Assembly: GCF_009834535.1 (NCBI RefSeq)
Contig: NC_045698.1
Coordinates: 4,776,001-4,840,000, forward strand
Length of the DNA stretch: 64,000 nucleotides
Direction of reading: 5' to 3'
Origin: Camelus ferus
Lineage: Eukaryota
Below, in pieces: positions 12,152 through 23,920 of the stretch. Positions within the stretch are counted from its first letter, which is position 1. Each line of letters begins with the position of its first letter. Below the pieces are notes generated by a model. That model saw only the letters and a list, made by a program, of their open reading frames with translations, did not search any database and was not told the origin of the DNA. The position numbers and the translations under genes are program-made.

Positions 12152-12270
12152 CCTTTCTTTTTCAATTTTTAATTTTTAATTTTTTTTGATGGAGGGAGGA
12201 GGTAATTAGGTTTATTTATTTGTGTATTTATTTATGTTAATGGAGATACTGAGGATTGAACCCAGGATCT
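12152..12270 (-). mobile_element. 5'-truncated Vic-1-type SINE
   Basis: Reverse complement reads CCTGGGTTCAATCCTCAGTATCTCCATTAA...AAATAAACCTAATTACCTCC, the same tail as the full copy at 55507. Confidence 0.85.
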
Positions 12271-12655
12271 TTTTTAATTTTTTAAATTTTTATATTGTTT
12301 ATACAATTTTTAAAGGTTACTTTCCATTTACAGTTATTACAAAATACTGGTTCTGTTCCCCACACCGTGCAGTACCTCCTTGATCCCGTCCTACACCCAG
12401 TGGTTTGTACTGCTGCCTCCTGCAGCCCCATACCCCCCCCCCCAGCTCCACTAGTGACCACCCGTTTGTTCTCTGTATCTGCAAGTCTGCTTCTCCTTTT
12501 GGTTACACTCACTAGTTTGTTGTACATTTTAGATTTCACATGTAAGTGATGGCATACAGTATTTGTCTTTCCCTATCTTACTTATTTCGCTGAGTGTACA
12601 CCCTCCAAGTCCGTCCATGTTGCTGCAAATGGCAAGATTTCATTCTTTTTAAAAT
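12271..12655 (-). mobile_element. L1 3' fragment (lineage-specific)
   Basis: TTAGATTTCACATGTAAGTG, CATGTTGCTGCAAATGGCAAGATTTCATTC; outer TSD AGCCTCTGTTT at 12141-12151 and 12656-12666. Confidence 0.88.
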
Positions 12656-15600
12656 AGCCTCTGTTTTCTCCCCTTTTCTTCTACAGCCTTGCTCTGATCT
12701 CCCTCACCCTCCAGATGCATGCTCAGATGGTTATCAATACCCACCGATCAATACCCCAGTGGCCTTTTCATAAGCTTCCTTTTGGGGATCTTTCAACAGC
12801 CTCCATCACTGCTAATCATTCTTTCTTTACCACTGACTTCTCCTTTGTATCTTGTGATTCTAGTTTCTCCTCTTCTTCACTTTCCAGTATCTGCTTCTAT
12901 CACCTCGATTACTGCCCTTCTCTGAGATTCAGACTTCACTCCCTCTTTTCTCTCCATAATCTTTACCTCTGAGTGTCCAATAGGACACGGGTGACTCCCA
13001 GCTCCATCTCCAGCCCCGACGCTCTTCCCAGCTCTCGTCCCACGTCTCGAGCTTCATCCTGGCATTGTGGTTGTCTTGCTTTTATCTCACCCCCAACACC
13101 TGGGGGTTTGTGTGCATGTTGTTTTCAGACACTTCTCATCTCAATGTCCCCAGTTCCGTTACTGTCACTCTTTTCTAGGTCCCTTCAGGTTAAAGCGTGG
13201 TTATTTTTGACTTTTCCCTCTCGCTCTGTCTCCGGCCATCCAGTCTCAGAGCCCTCTTCCACCTGCTTGTTCCTTCCACGTCATTTCAGGGCAGGTCGTT
13301 ATCGCTTCTCCCTTGAACTAGCAAAACAGCTTTCAACTGATATTTCGTGCCCCTGCATGACGCACACTAACACAGGTCTAACCTTCCTGAAATGAAGCTT
13401 CATTAAGTCATTTTTCAACTCTAAAATGTTCACTGTTTCCTTACTTTCTAGAGGATCCATGTCAAACTCCTCAGCACGCTGTTGAAGGCATCCCCTGGTC
13501 TAGCACCGGACCCTCTTTTCTTCTCTGTGCCTCTCCATCAGCCTCACCTCTTGTAAACCACCCTCTGCAGTTGCTCTGTGTGTCCTAAGCCTCTAACTTT
13601 GCTAACCCTCTTCACCCCCAACAGGAATCTCCCTCCAAGTCTTCCTCCCTGTCTCTCCGGGGCCAGCCCACCTTTGAAGGCTCAGATCGACTGTCCTTCA
13701 CCTTGGAGTTCTCCCTAGTGCTGTCCAGCCCACTGGGGTCACTTCCATCTCTATGTTTAGAATAAACATTTCTTTGTATTCCTCTGGACCACCTTGGTCC
13801 CTTTTTATTTCTTCTCTGCTTTCTGTTAATATTCACTGTTTGAGTCTGGATTTCTGTTTGCCAAGGGACTGTGGACTAGATTTTAAATCCTTAGACTCTG
13901 AAGATTTATATTATCTGTGTTTGTCCTCAAGAAAATGAAATACATTAAACAAGCAAGTACTTGCTGGCAGGTTTGGGCAGCACCGAATGAATCAAGTACA
14001 TCAAATAATAAAACCACCGGTAAATTCTCACTTTATCTAAAATATAGCTAGAAAAAAAATGTTAATAGGAATACTGGTGAAGGTTTAAAGCTGTTAGCTT
14101 CTAAAATTTACTCATACCTTAGAGCATATCTCATTGGTACGCTACTAAATACAAAATGATGTCAAGATCAGATGATGTTCAAGAACAACGAAGTTAATAT
14201 GAACTTTGCAGTTTGGCCTAAACCTGTACATTGAGATGGCACTTTAATGGAATGAAACAAATAGAATTACTTTCCCCAAGAAACAAAAGGCTGCAAAATT
14301 TGGCTTGCTGGATTTTTCTTACCTACAATGAACAAGTGTTGTGGTAGGATGACCCATGTCCTATTTTTATTATTTTGTGTGGAGTGCTTTGCTCTTTTAG
14401 GTACCAGCTAAATAGATGCCCATGGAATTTGAAAGTAGCTTCCGTTTTTAGCCTTGCTATGCCTTGCTGGTTTGAATGTGAAATAAATCACTAGGTGTTT
14501 GCATGACTAAGATAAAAACTTCTTCTCCTTCGTGGAAGGCTGAAGTATCTAATTCTTCACAATTCATAGCTCCGTCCACGCTGTGGCATCATCTGGCGCC
14601 ACCCGATCTCTTCCTCCGTGTGATTTTTCAGGTTTCTGTAAGTCAGCGCGGCTTCTCACTGGCAAGTCTTGTGGATTGAAGAACAAGGCACCTATCTGTT
14701 AACAATCATGATACAAATTTCTTCCTCAAAATTTAAGTGTGAAGGAGAAAGTTAATAACAGAAGGGAATTTCAGTGTATTTATAGCTTTTTAATCATGTC
14801 CCTTCTCACCACAAACCAACTGGCTCTTGGGTGCACGATAAACAAGACATGCAGGTCATTGGTGATACGTAAGTCTTTCCAGACAGAGTTCCCTGAAGAG
14901 AAAAGTGGATGTGAGCGGGTAAAGAGAGGCCCAATAAAAACCTGATGGGCTTGGTCTGAAAGCCAGACAACCCAGTGCGGAGGGGACACGTCACCTGTCA
15001 CTCCTTCTGTTGGTAACGCCGTGATGTCATGCTGCCCCATGTCACACCTCTTCCTCACCAAGCCGAGAATTGCTTTTAGCAAAGTGGAGCCCATCAAATG
15101 TGGCCTTCAAGGGCGAACCCTTTTTGGAGACTTTATGGGGGTACGTTCTGCATGTTCCTTTTCCCTAAATCGGTCGCGCCCCTTTCCTGAATCGGAAGGG
15201 ACTCTTCCAAATCCTAGCTCACCTCCTGGCGAGGTAGTCCCGTGGTGATAACGGGAAGAACGTGTGATAGCAGGGAGCTTACATAGCTTGTGTCTTCTCA
15301 GCCACAATTAATAGCTCTCACAGTGCCAGAGAGAGCTGTTCAACACACTAGTTTAACTCAGAGCGCTTCTGGCCTTTTAAGTGCTTTAACTAGAAGAATT
15401 CCTTGTGTTTGTGCAGAAAGTGAAAAATCCTGGGAAACAGTCACGAGAAGAGCTTGGGTGAGCAGAGAGTCTGCAAGTCCAGTAAGTGGGAAAGAAGCAG
15501 GCTGGGCAGACTGTAGGCTCGCGAAGGTCCTTGCCGTGCGCCCTGGTGTTTTCACTTAGAAGGGTTGAGGCAGTTTCATGAAGTCCTTTTTCTGTGCCTT

Positions 15601-16947
15601 CTTACACCTTGAACTGCCTCTGTTGGCCAAGTCAACAAGATACCGGCAGGCAAGTTGGAGAACGGCCGGCTCCCGGACCGCCGGCCCGAGGGCAACCCCC
15701 CACACTGCAGAATGCAGGAGAGCACTTCGGTGCTTAGATTTTTGCATAAGGAAGCATTTGTTTTTCAAATCACATCCATCCTAAAAGGACTCATCCTTAT
15801 TCTGGAATTTTGTCCCCGAAATTACTCCCTTTGCATCTTACATAATCCGATTTTAATTTTTACAGGGTCATTTGCATCAGCTTGCAAAAATGCTGGATTT
15901 TTTTTTCCTTTAAAGCATCCTTCTCCTGGCATAATTGCCCCTCCAGCTACTAATTCATTTCACTGTGACCTTTTAGAGCAAACTTCCCAAGAAGGGGTGT
16001 CTCTTCTTGTCCTCTCCTTTTCACCCTTCATTCTCAGTTGAGTGTATGTCAAGCAAAACGTTGACCCAGCAATCCCACTGAAATTGCCATTGCTAAGGTC
16101 CCCGGTCCTGTGGTTGGTCTGGTTCTCAGCAGCAGCCGGTAGATTTGATGTGCACTTGTGTGCTGACATATTGTACGTAACACAAAATGCATCCTAAAAG
16201 AGAAATGCAAAATCTTACATTAAAGATAAAGTGGATATGTATTTCTAAATTTCTTGTAAATCACCACCACAGCTTCCAACTATCTTTTGCTAATATCTCT
16301 ATGCACAGTAGGATTGCTAATGTGGTACATATAAACCTGTACTGCTGTTAGTCTTTGAATAATTTTGAGTGTTTTGGTCTGACTCTTATCAAACCTGATT
16401 AGACTGTCATCCTTTGCCTCTTCCGAAGACTGATGGCCACCTCTACTTGCACAGTAAGCTCGTAAGCTTCATGTTTAATAAGTTCTTTCTCTCCTGGAAT
16501 CTTCTAAAGCCAGCTCTCCATTTTGTGCAGGTCTACTTAGCTGGGACTGGATTAAACCCATGAGTCTATCTGCTGCTGTGAGTGGTCCACACATACAGCA
16601 TCATGAGCAGCGTCTGTGAGGGTGAGCAACGGAGTGAGGAGGTTAACTCGTCAAGGGGGGACCTCATCCCGTCCTCACAGTGCCCTGCCTCTGTGCACAT
16701 GTTGTATGCGCTTATCTGAGAGTGGGCTGAAGGGGGCACAAGTGTCAATCCACATATTAAATGTCATTCAGCCCCAAATTCCAACTTTTTAGATAGAAAC
16801 ATACAATATAGAAATAGAAATAGTAGGATTTCTTCTTTCCTCCAGTGTCCCGTCTCGCAGACCCTCACTGCTACGTATCTGCTTTGAGATCACTGCCCTA
16901 GACAGCGGGTGTGGGTGTCCTCTTCCTGGACCCCACAGCGCTTCTCC

Positions 16948-17052
16948 ACCCCTCAGCTGCTGAATGAGAATCTCCAGGGCTTGGGTTTGGGAGCTACACT
17001 TGTATGAGTTCCCTCAGTGATCTTATATAGAGCCGCATCTGAAAATTATTGT
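16948..17052. mobile_element. MER5-type fragment
   Basis: CTGCTGAATGAGAATCTCCAGGG...TCCCTCAGTGATCTT motif. Confidence 0.5.
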
Positions 17053-17112
17053 GTATTGCTGGTCATTGTCTTCGAAAACTTGCCCTCTCTCTCTTTCTGT
17101 TTTAATAAAGAC

Positions 17113-17503
17113 TGTGTATTAGTCTGTGAAGGCTGATGTGAAATACCTCGGGCTGGCTGGCTTAAACAACAGAAGTTTATTTCCTCACATTTCTGGAGGC
17201 TGGAAGTCCAGGTCAAGGTGCATCAAAGGTGGTTCCTGGTGAGAGCCCGCCTCCTGACTTGCAGGCGTCCACCTTTCGCTGTGTCCTCACTTAATCTCTT
17301 CTCCGTGTGCGTGTGGAGAAGTATCTCTGGCACGTCTACCTCTTCCTATATGGGCAGCAGTCCTGCCAGATCAAGGCTCCACTCTTCTGACCTCACCTAA
17401 CCTTGATCACCTCCTTAGGGGCCTTATCTCTAAACACAGTCACATACAGGGGACTGGGACCTCAGCGTATAACTTTTGCAGGGACGCAGTTCAGTTCATA
17501 ACA
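17113..17503 (-). mobile_element. MLT1-type MaLR LTR
   Basis: TGTGTATTAGTC; GGCTTAAACAACAGAAGTTTATT; CTGGAGGCTGGAAGTCCA; ends TTCAGTTCATAACA. Confidence 0.9.
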
Positions 17504-17506
17504 TCC

Positions 17507-17875
17507 TGTGGTAGTCAAGTTTTCTGTGTCAACTTGGCTAAGCTATCGTTTGGTCAAATGCTTGTCTAGCTATTGCCGTGAAGGTATTTTATTGATGCGA
17601 CCAGCACCTCTAATCAGTTGACTTTAAAGAAAAGAGATACTCTCACTAACGTGGGTGGGACTCACCCAATCAGTTGAAGACCATAAGGTCAAAAACTGAG
17701 ATTTTCTGAAGAAGAAAGAATTTAGCCTCAAGATTTTAACATGGAAATTCTGTGTGAATTTCTAGACTGCTGGTCTACCTGCAAATGTTGGCCATGCCAG
17801 CCACCACAGCTGCATGGGTCTGTTCCTTAAGAAATACCCTATTGGTTCTGTTTCTTTGGAGAGCCCAACTGATAC
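17507..17875 (+). mobile_element. MLT2D-like ERVL LTR
   Basis: TGTGTCAACTTGGCTAAGC, AATCAGTTGACTTT, GTGGGTGGG...CCAATCAGTTGAAG, CCTATTGGTTCTGTTTCT. Confidence 0.88.
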
Positions 17876-17886
17876 CACTCTTCTTA

Positions 17887-18023
17887 TGTATTTATTTATG
17901 TTTATTTTTTATTGAGTATAGTTGATGTACCATAGTATGTAAGTTACAAGCACACAATATACTGATTCACAATTTTTAAAGTTTATACTCCATTTGTAAT
18001 TATTATAAAACATTGGCTATGTT
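17887..18023 (-). mobile_element. Short L1 3' stub
   Basis: TATAGTTGATGTAC...GATTCACAATTTTTAAAG; TSD CACT(C/T)TTCTTA at 17876-17886 and 18024-18034. Confidence 0.8.
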
Positions 18024-18599
18024 CACTTTTCTTAGCAATCCATATTCAGTTGACACATTTTATAATAAATACAAATAAGCACAAAGCAAAAGCTGAAAAG
18101 CAACTATAATCCCAACGTGCAGAGATACCCATTCTCTACAAGTGCCTCCTTCCACCAACGTCACAAAAAGCCCCTGAAACATGACGTCGTGACTGCGGAT
18201 GCTCGTCCGTCGTGCTGCACCACGAACTTCCTAAGTCCTCGCTGCTGTGGGTCTGTTTACCCCATTGCCTAATATATGATGTAGCACATTGTAGACTCTT
18301 AATACACACTTTTGAATAAACGACTGAGGAAATGGGATAAAAGATGGAAAAACAGATAGGCTATTAGGTGAGTGAATAGATTTACGAACTGATTACTTTG
18401 GAGAAAATTCAAGATAAAGGTTATGAATGAACAAAGGGAATTAGGGAGGGAGATGTCCCTAGAAAGCAGGACTGACCTGCACACAGCATTGCAGGTGGAG
18501 AGCATATACTGGACTCAGCCATTCTCTGTGACGGGGCTCGGCCTCCTGAATAGGAGACTAGGATTGGCCCAGGTGCAGCATTTGTTAGAAAAAGGACGT

Positions 18600-19100
18600 G
18601 AAGGAATCACCTGAGGGTATTGGCCCTGCAAGGTGGAGGTTGGGTAAGAAGGAAAGTGTAGGCAAGGGGTGTTCAATGACTGACTGTCTCACAAATGCAG
18701 CAGGAGGGGCAGCGGTCAGGAGGAGGAAGTTGGGATGTGATGTCTTGAGCTTCTGGTGCTCAGACATGAAGAATTTCCAAGTGATGGTGAGATCCAGGTG
18801 TGACCGTGGGAACTAGTCACTGCACTAAAATGGAAAAGAAGATCATTGGAGCCAGAAAAGTGAAAAAAAAAAAAAAAAAAAACACCTTGGAGGCAAGCAT
18901 GTTGCACGGGCTTTCTAAATGGCATTGAAGTTATTCTGGTAAATAATTGGGCGTAGGGAGGAAAAAAGGAGTCTGAGCCAAACTTGAAACTCTTCATTGA
19001 ATTTGCAGTAAATCAGAAAGATGGAGAGGTGATTGGGGAGGTAGGTGACAGAGCCTGATGAAGGTCTGGGGAACTTTTTAATGCAGTTAAAGAGAGAGAG
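18600..19100 (-). mobile_element. L2 internal fragment
   Basis: Purine-rich antisense L2 motifs (GATCCAGGTGTGACCGTGGGA, AAGATCATTGGAG). Confidence 0.55.
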
Positions 19101-20344
19101 TCCAGAGAATGGGGTCTGGCCCTGAGGCGTTTGGGGTGAGTGGCCTCAAGCACTGTTGATAAGGTGCCGTCCTTGGATGGAACCAGTTTAATACAAAGGA
19201 GGTTGGTGATTTATTGAAATTTGCTTCTGTTATTAAATGTTACTCTGAAAAATTGGATCACAGGAAAGGTAAGGCTCTCATGTTGTTTTCTCTTCTTTTT
19301 AATGGGCCAAAGGGGTCAGATCCTGTTTGGATACATCTAATCTGGATAAATGGGCACCATGCTGATGGAAAGGATGGGAGTCAGGGAACAGAATAGGACT
19401 TTGGGCACCCAGGGGGATGTGCCAAAACTTAGAAAAAAGCAAGACCAAAGGAGAACGAAGGAGAAGTGAAAGAAATCACTCCTCTTTTTCCATTTTCCGG
19501 AGTCAGGCAGGCAGAACTTTCTACACCTGATGTTGTTAAGGATTACCCTTGGGCACAAGATCCCCTACCATGAGTCTGCATTTTCATTTCCTCCTGAGAC
19601 ACTTCACATGAATAAATGCCATAACGGCTTTGGTCAAACAGTGCTCCAAGTACTCTTAAAGCATCACGTCTAATTTGAACATTTGTAAAATGTTTCTCTT
19701 TTCAAAAAAATCCTATATTTAGTTAACTTAGTCAAAGATCTATCTGGGAAAGGAATGTGCAATTTTATTTTTTTATTTCGGTAATTTTTGAAAACCCAAT
19801 TTATAAGTAGAAATTCTTTCCTTAAGGAGAAAGAAAAAAACCCTTGTAGTCAGCCGGCTTCTTTGTCCTATGCTCCACATTTTTGACAGTAATTTTCTAG
19901 GCTTATAATTTGCTAATCATAAAATGGTCCGATTGGAAGTGTGTGAATTGAATGTTGATTTTGCTGCTTAGCATGGCAGAGTCAGGACTGGGCAATAGGA
20001 AAGGGAATCAATCTCACAATAATTGTTCATCAGTGGATACTGACTTTATTTGCATCCATGTGGATGCAGACATGGGTGAATCTAGAAAATTTATTCGGTT
20101 CATAAAGTACTTCAAAAGACAATTTTTTAGTTTTCTATTTATTTTGAATTCTCTTTGGGGGAAAAACTCTTTGACTCATTTACAGGTTACTGTTTTGTGT
20201 GATAATGATGCTTGCTGACGCTTCTAGCCTACAGGAGCTGACCTTTTCTTACGGGTTCAGAGGCTTTCCGTAAACGATGTGTTAGAAAGTAAAGAGCAGC
20301 AGGTTTCATCTCCCCATCTCGGCTGTAGGGAAAGTTGACATTCA

Positions 20345-20436
20345 AGGAACTTAAATGTCAGCGTGAAGCCCAGGTTTGCTGGTTTTGCTTCCATCTTTAG
20401 CTGTGAGTTCAGATGGTTTCTCTGAAGAAAAGCCTT
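20345..20436 (+). repeat. Dispersed direct duplicate, copy A
   Basis: 7 substitutions plus 1 indel relative to 21588-21680 (manual alignment). Confidence 0.95.
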
Positions 20437-20573
20437 ACAGACGACCATGGAATTTTAGACTCATAGGATCTTACTGCAGGGAAACCACTTGGCTCAGATT
20501 TCAGTTTCTCTTTCTTTTTTTTTTTCCATCAGATTCTGATCATCTTGCAGACATTGCTCTTTCCTTTAAGATG

Positions 20574-20630
20574 TGCTGTACACCAGAGATTGACACATTG
20601 TAATTGACTGTACTTCAATTAAAAAAATAA
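20574..20630 (+). mobile_element. 57-nt L1 3' terminal stub
   Basis: TGCTGTACACCAGAGATTGACACATTGTAATTGACTGTACTTCAATT plus A-tail; TSD AAGATG at 20568-20573 and 20631-20636. Confidence 0.8.
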
Positions 20631-21587
20631 AAGATGCCCAAAGAAGGAAAACATTCCTATGTAACGTACTTTCAATTTTATCAGGCCTTTGGTTAGTTCT
20701 TGTCTGAAAAGTTGATCTTCTATAAGCTGTCTCCATCTCTGCGAGGGGGAGGTCCAGCTGCTCCTTGAAATGCATATGGACTTAGTACTTGAAATGTACT
20801 TGAAGGCTATTTCCCTCAGTAAGTGTTAGGCTTGACTGTTTTAATTGATTTCAAAAATTCCAAGTGGTGACAGTGAATTGGTTTCCCTGGTGTCACTACT
20901 AAAAGCGATTTTAAATCACTGTATTTCTGCTAGTGTTATAACAGTAATTGTGCAATGAAATCTGAAAAGAATCGCCCCCTATGGTATCCATGCACACAAC
21001 ATCATTTTAACAAATGTATGTGCTGCCTATTGCAGGGTATTTACTCCATCAGAAAAGAAGTTAGCTATTTGGATGAGCTTGGAATGTTCTAGGTAATTTG
21101 GTGATTTACATTTTTAACAAACCTTTTCAGGCCAGACAAATGGAAAGTAATGTCCTAGTGAAACTTCACAATGGCTTAAACTAGAAACTCTGTTTCTAAA
21201 TTATGAGGGGCTTCCCTCTGTTTAGAATGAACTGAGACTTTGATATATCTATTCAGGAATGTCCGCCTTTGCTGCAGGCTGACTGCAAGGCTGTGGGTCA
21301 AAAGGCATCATGAGATGATGGACAACTCGGGGCTGAATTGCCTCTGCATGTGGTACAGCCTGATACATCCTCATGAAAGGGATTCACCCCTTAATAATCC
21401 CCTTGAAAGTATTTTTCTCTGTCTGTCAAGGTCACAGGCAAGCCTCTGTTATATAGTTTTATATCCTTGTTGATCCTTATCCTTTTAAAAGCGAAAAGAA
21501 TACACACCTGATGTTTGCCCAAGTTTCTAAAGCATGGTTAGCATTTAATCATCGTATTTTTCAATAAATCATTGTATTTTTAAGATC

Positions 21588-21680
21588 AGGAACGTAAATG
21601 TCAGTGTGAAGCCCAGGTTTGCTGGTTTTGCTTCCATGCTTCAGCCGTGAATTTGGATGGTTTCTCTGAAGAAAAGCCTT
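21588..21680 (+). repeat. Dispersed direct duplicate, copy B
   Basis: Shares perfect 32-nt and 25-nt blocks with copy A. Confidence 0.95.
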
Positions 21681-22483
21681 TACATATAGTACCTTACTAC
21701 CTGAGATCACCTAAGTTAAATTTTGAGCACTTGCAGAAGAAGATTATGTTAATGCTTAAACTATCAAGAATGAAAAAGTTGGCTAAATAGCTTAATAGTT
21801 GAAACAATAACTTGGAAATTATATTTAACTTACTTAATAAAATAAACCGTCCTCAAATTCTGGAGAGGCATCCATTTACATACTCCCAATCACAGCCATG
21901 GTTCTATGAAAACTCTTTTTCTTTTCAAAAACTTTTAGAAGAATCAGTTCAGACAGTTTGTCTACCCTCTTTGGAAACAGTAAAACTTTCAGCACCATCC
22001 AAAGAGGAAACACTATGAGCACCAGTATCCATCACCACTCTCCTGGCAGTTTGGGTCTGCTTTCAGTCATCATTAATTTAAGTACAGAAAGCCCCAAATC
22101 TCTTAAAAATAATATTTGAGAAAGACTGGCAGGAACCCATGAATTTGGAAATACACTGGCATAGAGCCAAGTTTAGGAAAGATTAAAATGTGGGGAAACA
22201 GTTTTAAATTTGAGAACCCCAATGTGGTCTTTTTGCCTACAATTAGGGAAATTCTTTGATAGTCTTACATCTATTTTCAATACTATTTTACTATCACACT
22301 GAAATAAAGTCATGACCAAAGTAAGATGATTTTTTTGGATGTAGAATTAGTGTTTTCTTATTGGTAATATTCTATGAAAACAGTCTTGTTTTCCTTGCTG
22401 TTCTCAGTGGAAGCAATCTCTGTGGTCAGTTGCATAATAAGCCCAGTGTTTTCAGATGGAAAGTAAATTCTGAGGGAAGACAT

Positions 22484-23920
22484 TTTTTTAATTGAAGGAT
22501 AGTTGATTTACAATATTATATTAGTTTCAGGTGTGCAACATGTCATTTAATATTTTTATAGATTATACTCCATTTAAAATTATTATAAAAATTGGTGATA
22601 TTCCCTGCGTTGTACAATGTATTTTGCAGCTTATTTATTTTATACATAGTAGTTTGTGCCTCTCAATTCTCTACCCCTAGCTTGCCCCTCCCCCTTCTGT
22701 CTTCCTACTTGTAACCAATAAGTTGTTCTCTGTTTATCTATGAATCTGTTTCTGCTTTGTAATATTCATTCGTTTTATTTTTTAGATTCCACATGTAAGT
22801 GATAACATAGAGTGATTGTCTTTCTCTGATTGATGTATTTCGCTTAGCATAATACCCTCCAGATTTATTCCCGTTGTTGCAAATTGCAGAATTTCATTTG
22901 TTTTTATGGCTGATCAATAGAATAGAATAGAGTCCAGAAATAAGCCCACACACCTCTGGTCAATTAATCGATGACAAAGGAGGCAACAATATACAATGGA
23001 GAAAAGACAAGTCTCTCAGTAAGTGGCAAGGGGAAAACGAGACAGCTAGATGTAAAAGCATGAAATTAGAACTTTTTCTCACGTTATACACAAAAATAAA
23101 CTCAAAATGGACTAAAGACCTAAATGTAAGGCCAGAAACCATAAAACTCCTAGAAGAAAATAAAGGCAGGACCCCCTTTGACATAAATCATAGCAATATT
23201 TTTTTGGTACCATCTTCTAAGGCATGTAAAATAAAAGGGAAAATAAACAAACAGGACCTAACGAAGCTTAAAAGCATTTGCACCGCAAAGGGAACCATCA
23301 ACAAGACAAAAAGACAGCCTACTGAATGGCAGAAAATATTTGCAAATATTATGACCAATAAGTGGTTAATATCCAACATATATAAACAGCTCATACAACT
23401 TACATCAAAAATCAAACAACCTGATTAAAAAAGGGCAAGACCAGAATAGACATTTTTCCAAAGAAGACATGCAGGAGGCCAATAGGCACATAAAAAGGTA
23501 CTCAACATCGTTAATCATCAGAAAAATACAAATTAAAACCACAATTACCTATCACCTCACACCTATCAGAACGGCCATCATCAAAAAGAATATGAATAAC
23601 AAATGTTGGCGAGGATGTGGAGAGAAGGGAACCCTGTACATTGCTGGTGGGAATGTAAATTGGTGCAGCCACTGTGGGAAACAGTAATGGAGTTTCCCCA
23701 AAATCTAAAAACAGACTTACCATATGATCCAGCACATCCACTTCTGGGTGTATAGCCAAAGAAAATGAAAACATTAATTCAAAAAGATACATGCACCCCA
23801 ATGTTCAGAGCAGCATTATTTATAATTGCCAAGATATGGAAGCAACTTAAGTGTCCATCAACAGACGAATTGATTGAGACGATGTGGTGAATATATATAA
23901 TATATATTGTATACATGTGA
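22484..23920 (-). mobile_element. 5'-inverted L1: 3'UTR and tail antisense at 22484-22913, ORF2 C-terminal part sense at 22912-23920
   Basis: ORFs 23060-23428 and 23469-23687 are L1 ORF2 ([37 protein letters not shown]); TSD core AAGACAT at 22477-22483 and 23925-23931. Confidence 0.9.

Larger units (their letters stand above)
11990..13990 (+). mobile_element. Long degenerate L2, interrupted at 12152-12655
   Basis: Pyrimidine-rich L2 sense motifs (CAAACTCCTCAGC, GACTAGATTTTAAATCCTT) and a terminal GAATGAAT. Confidence 0.7.
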
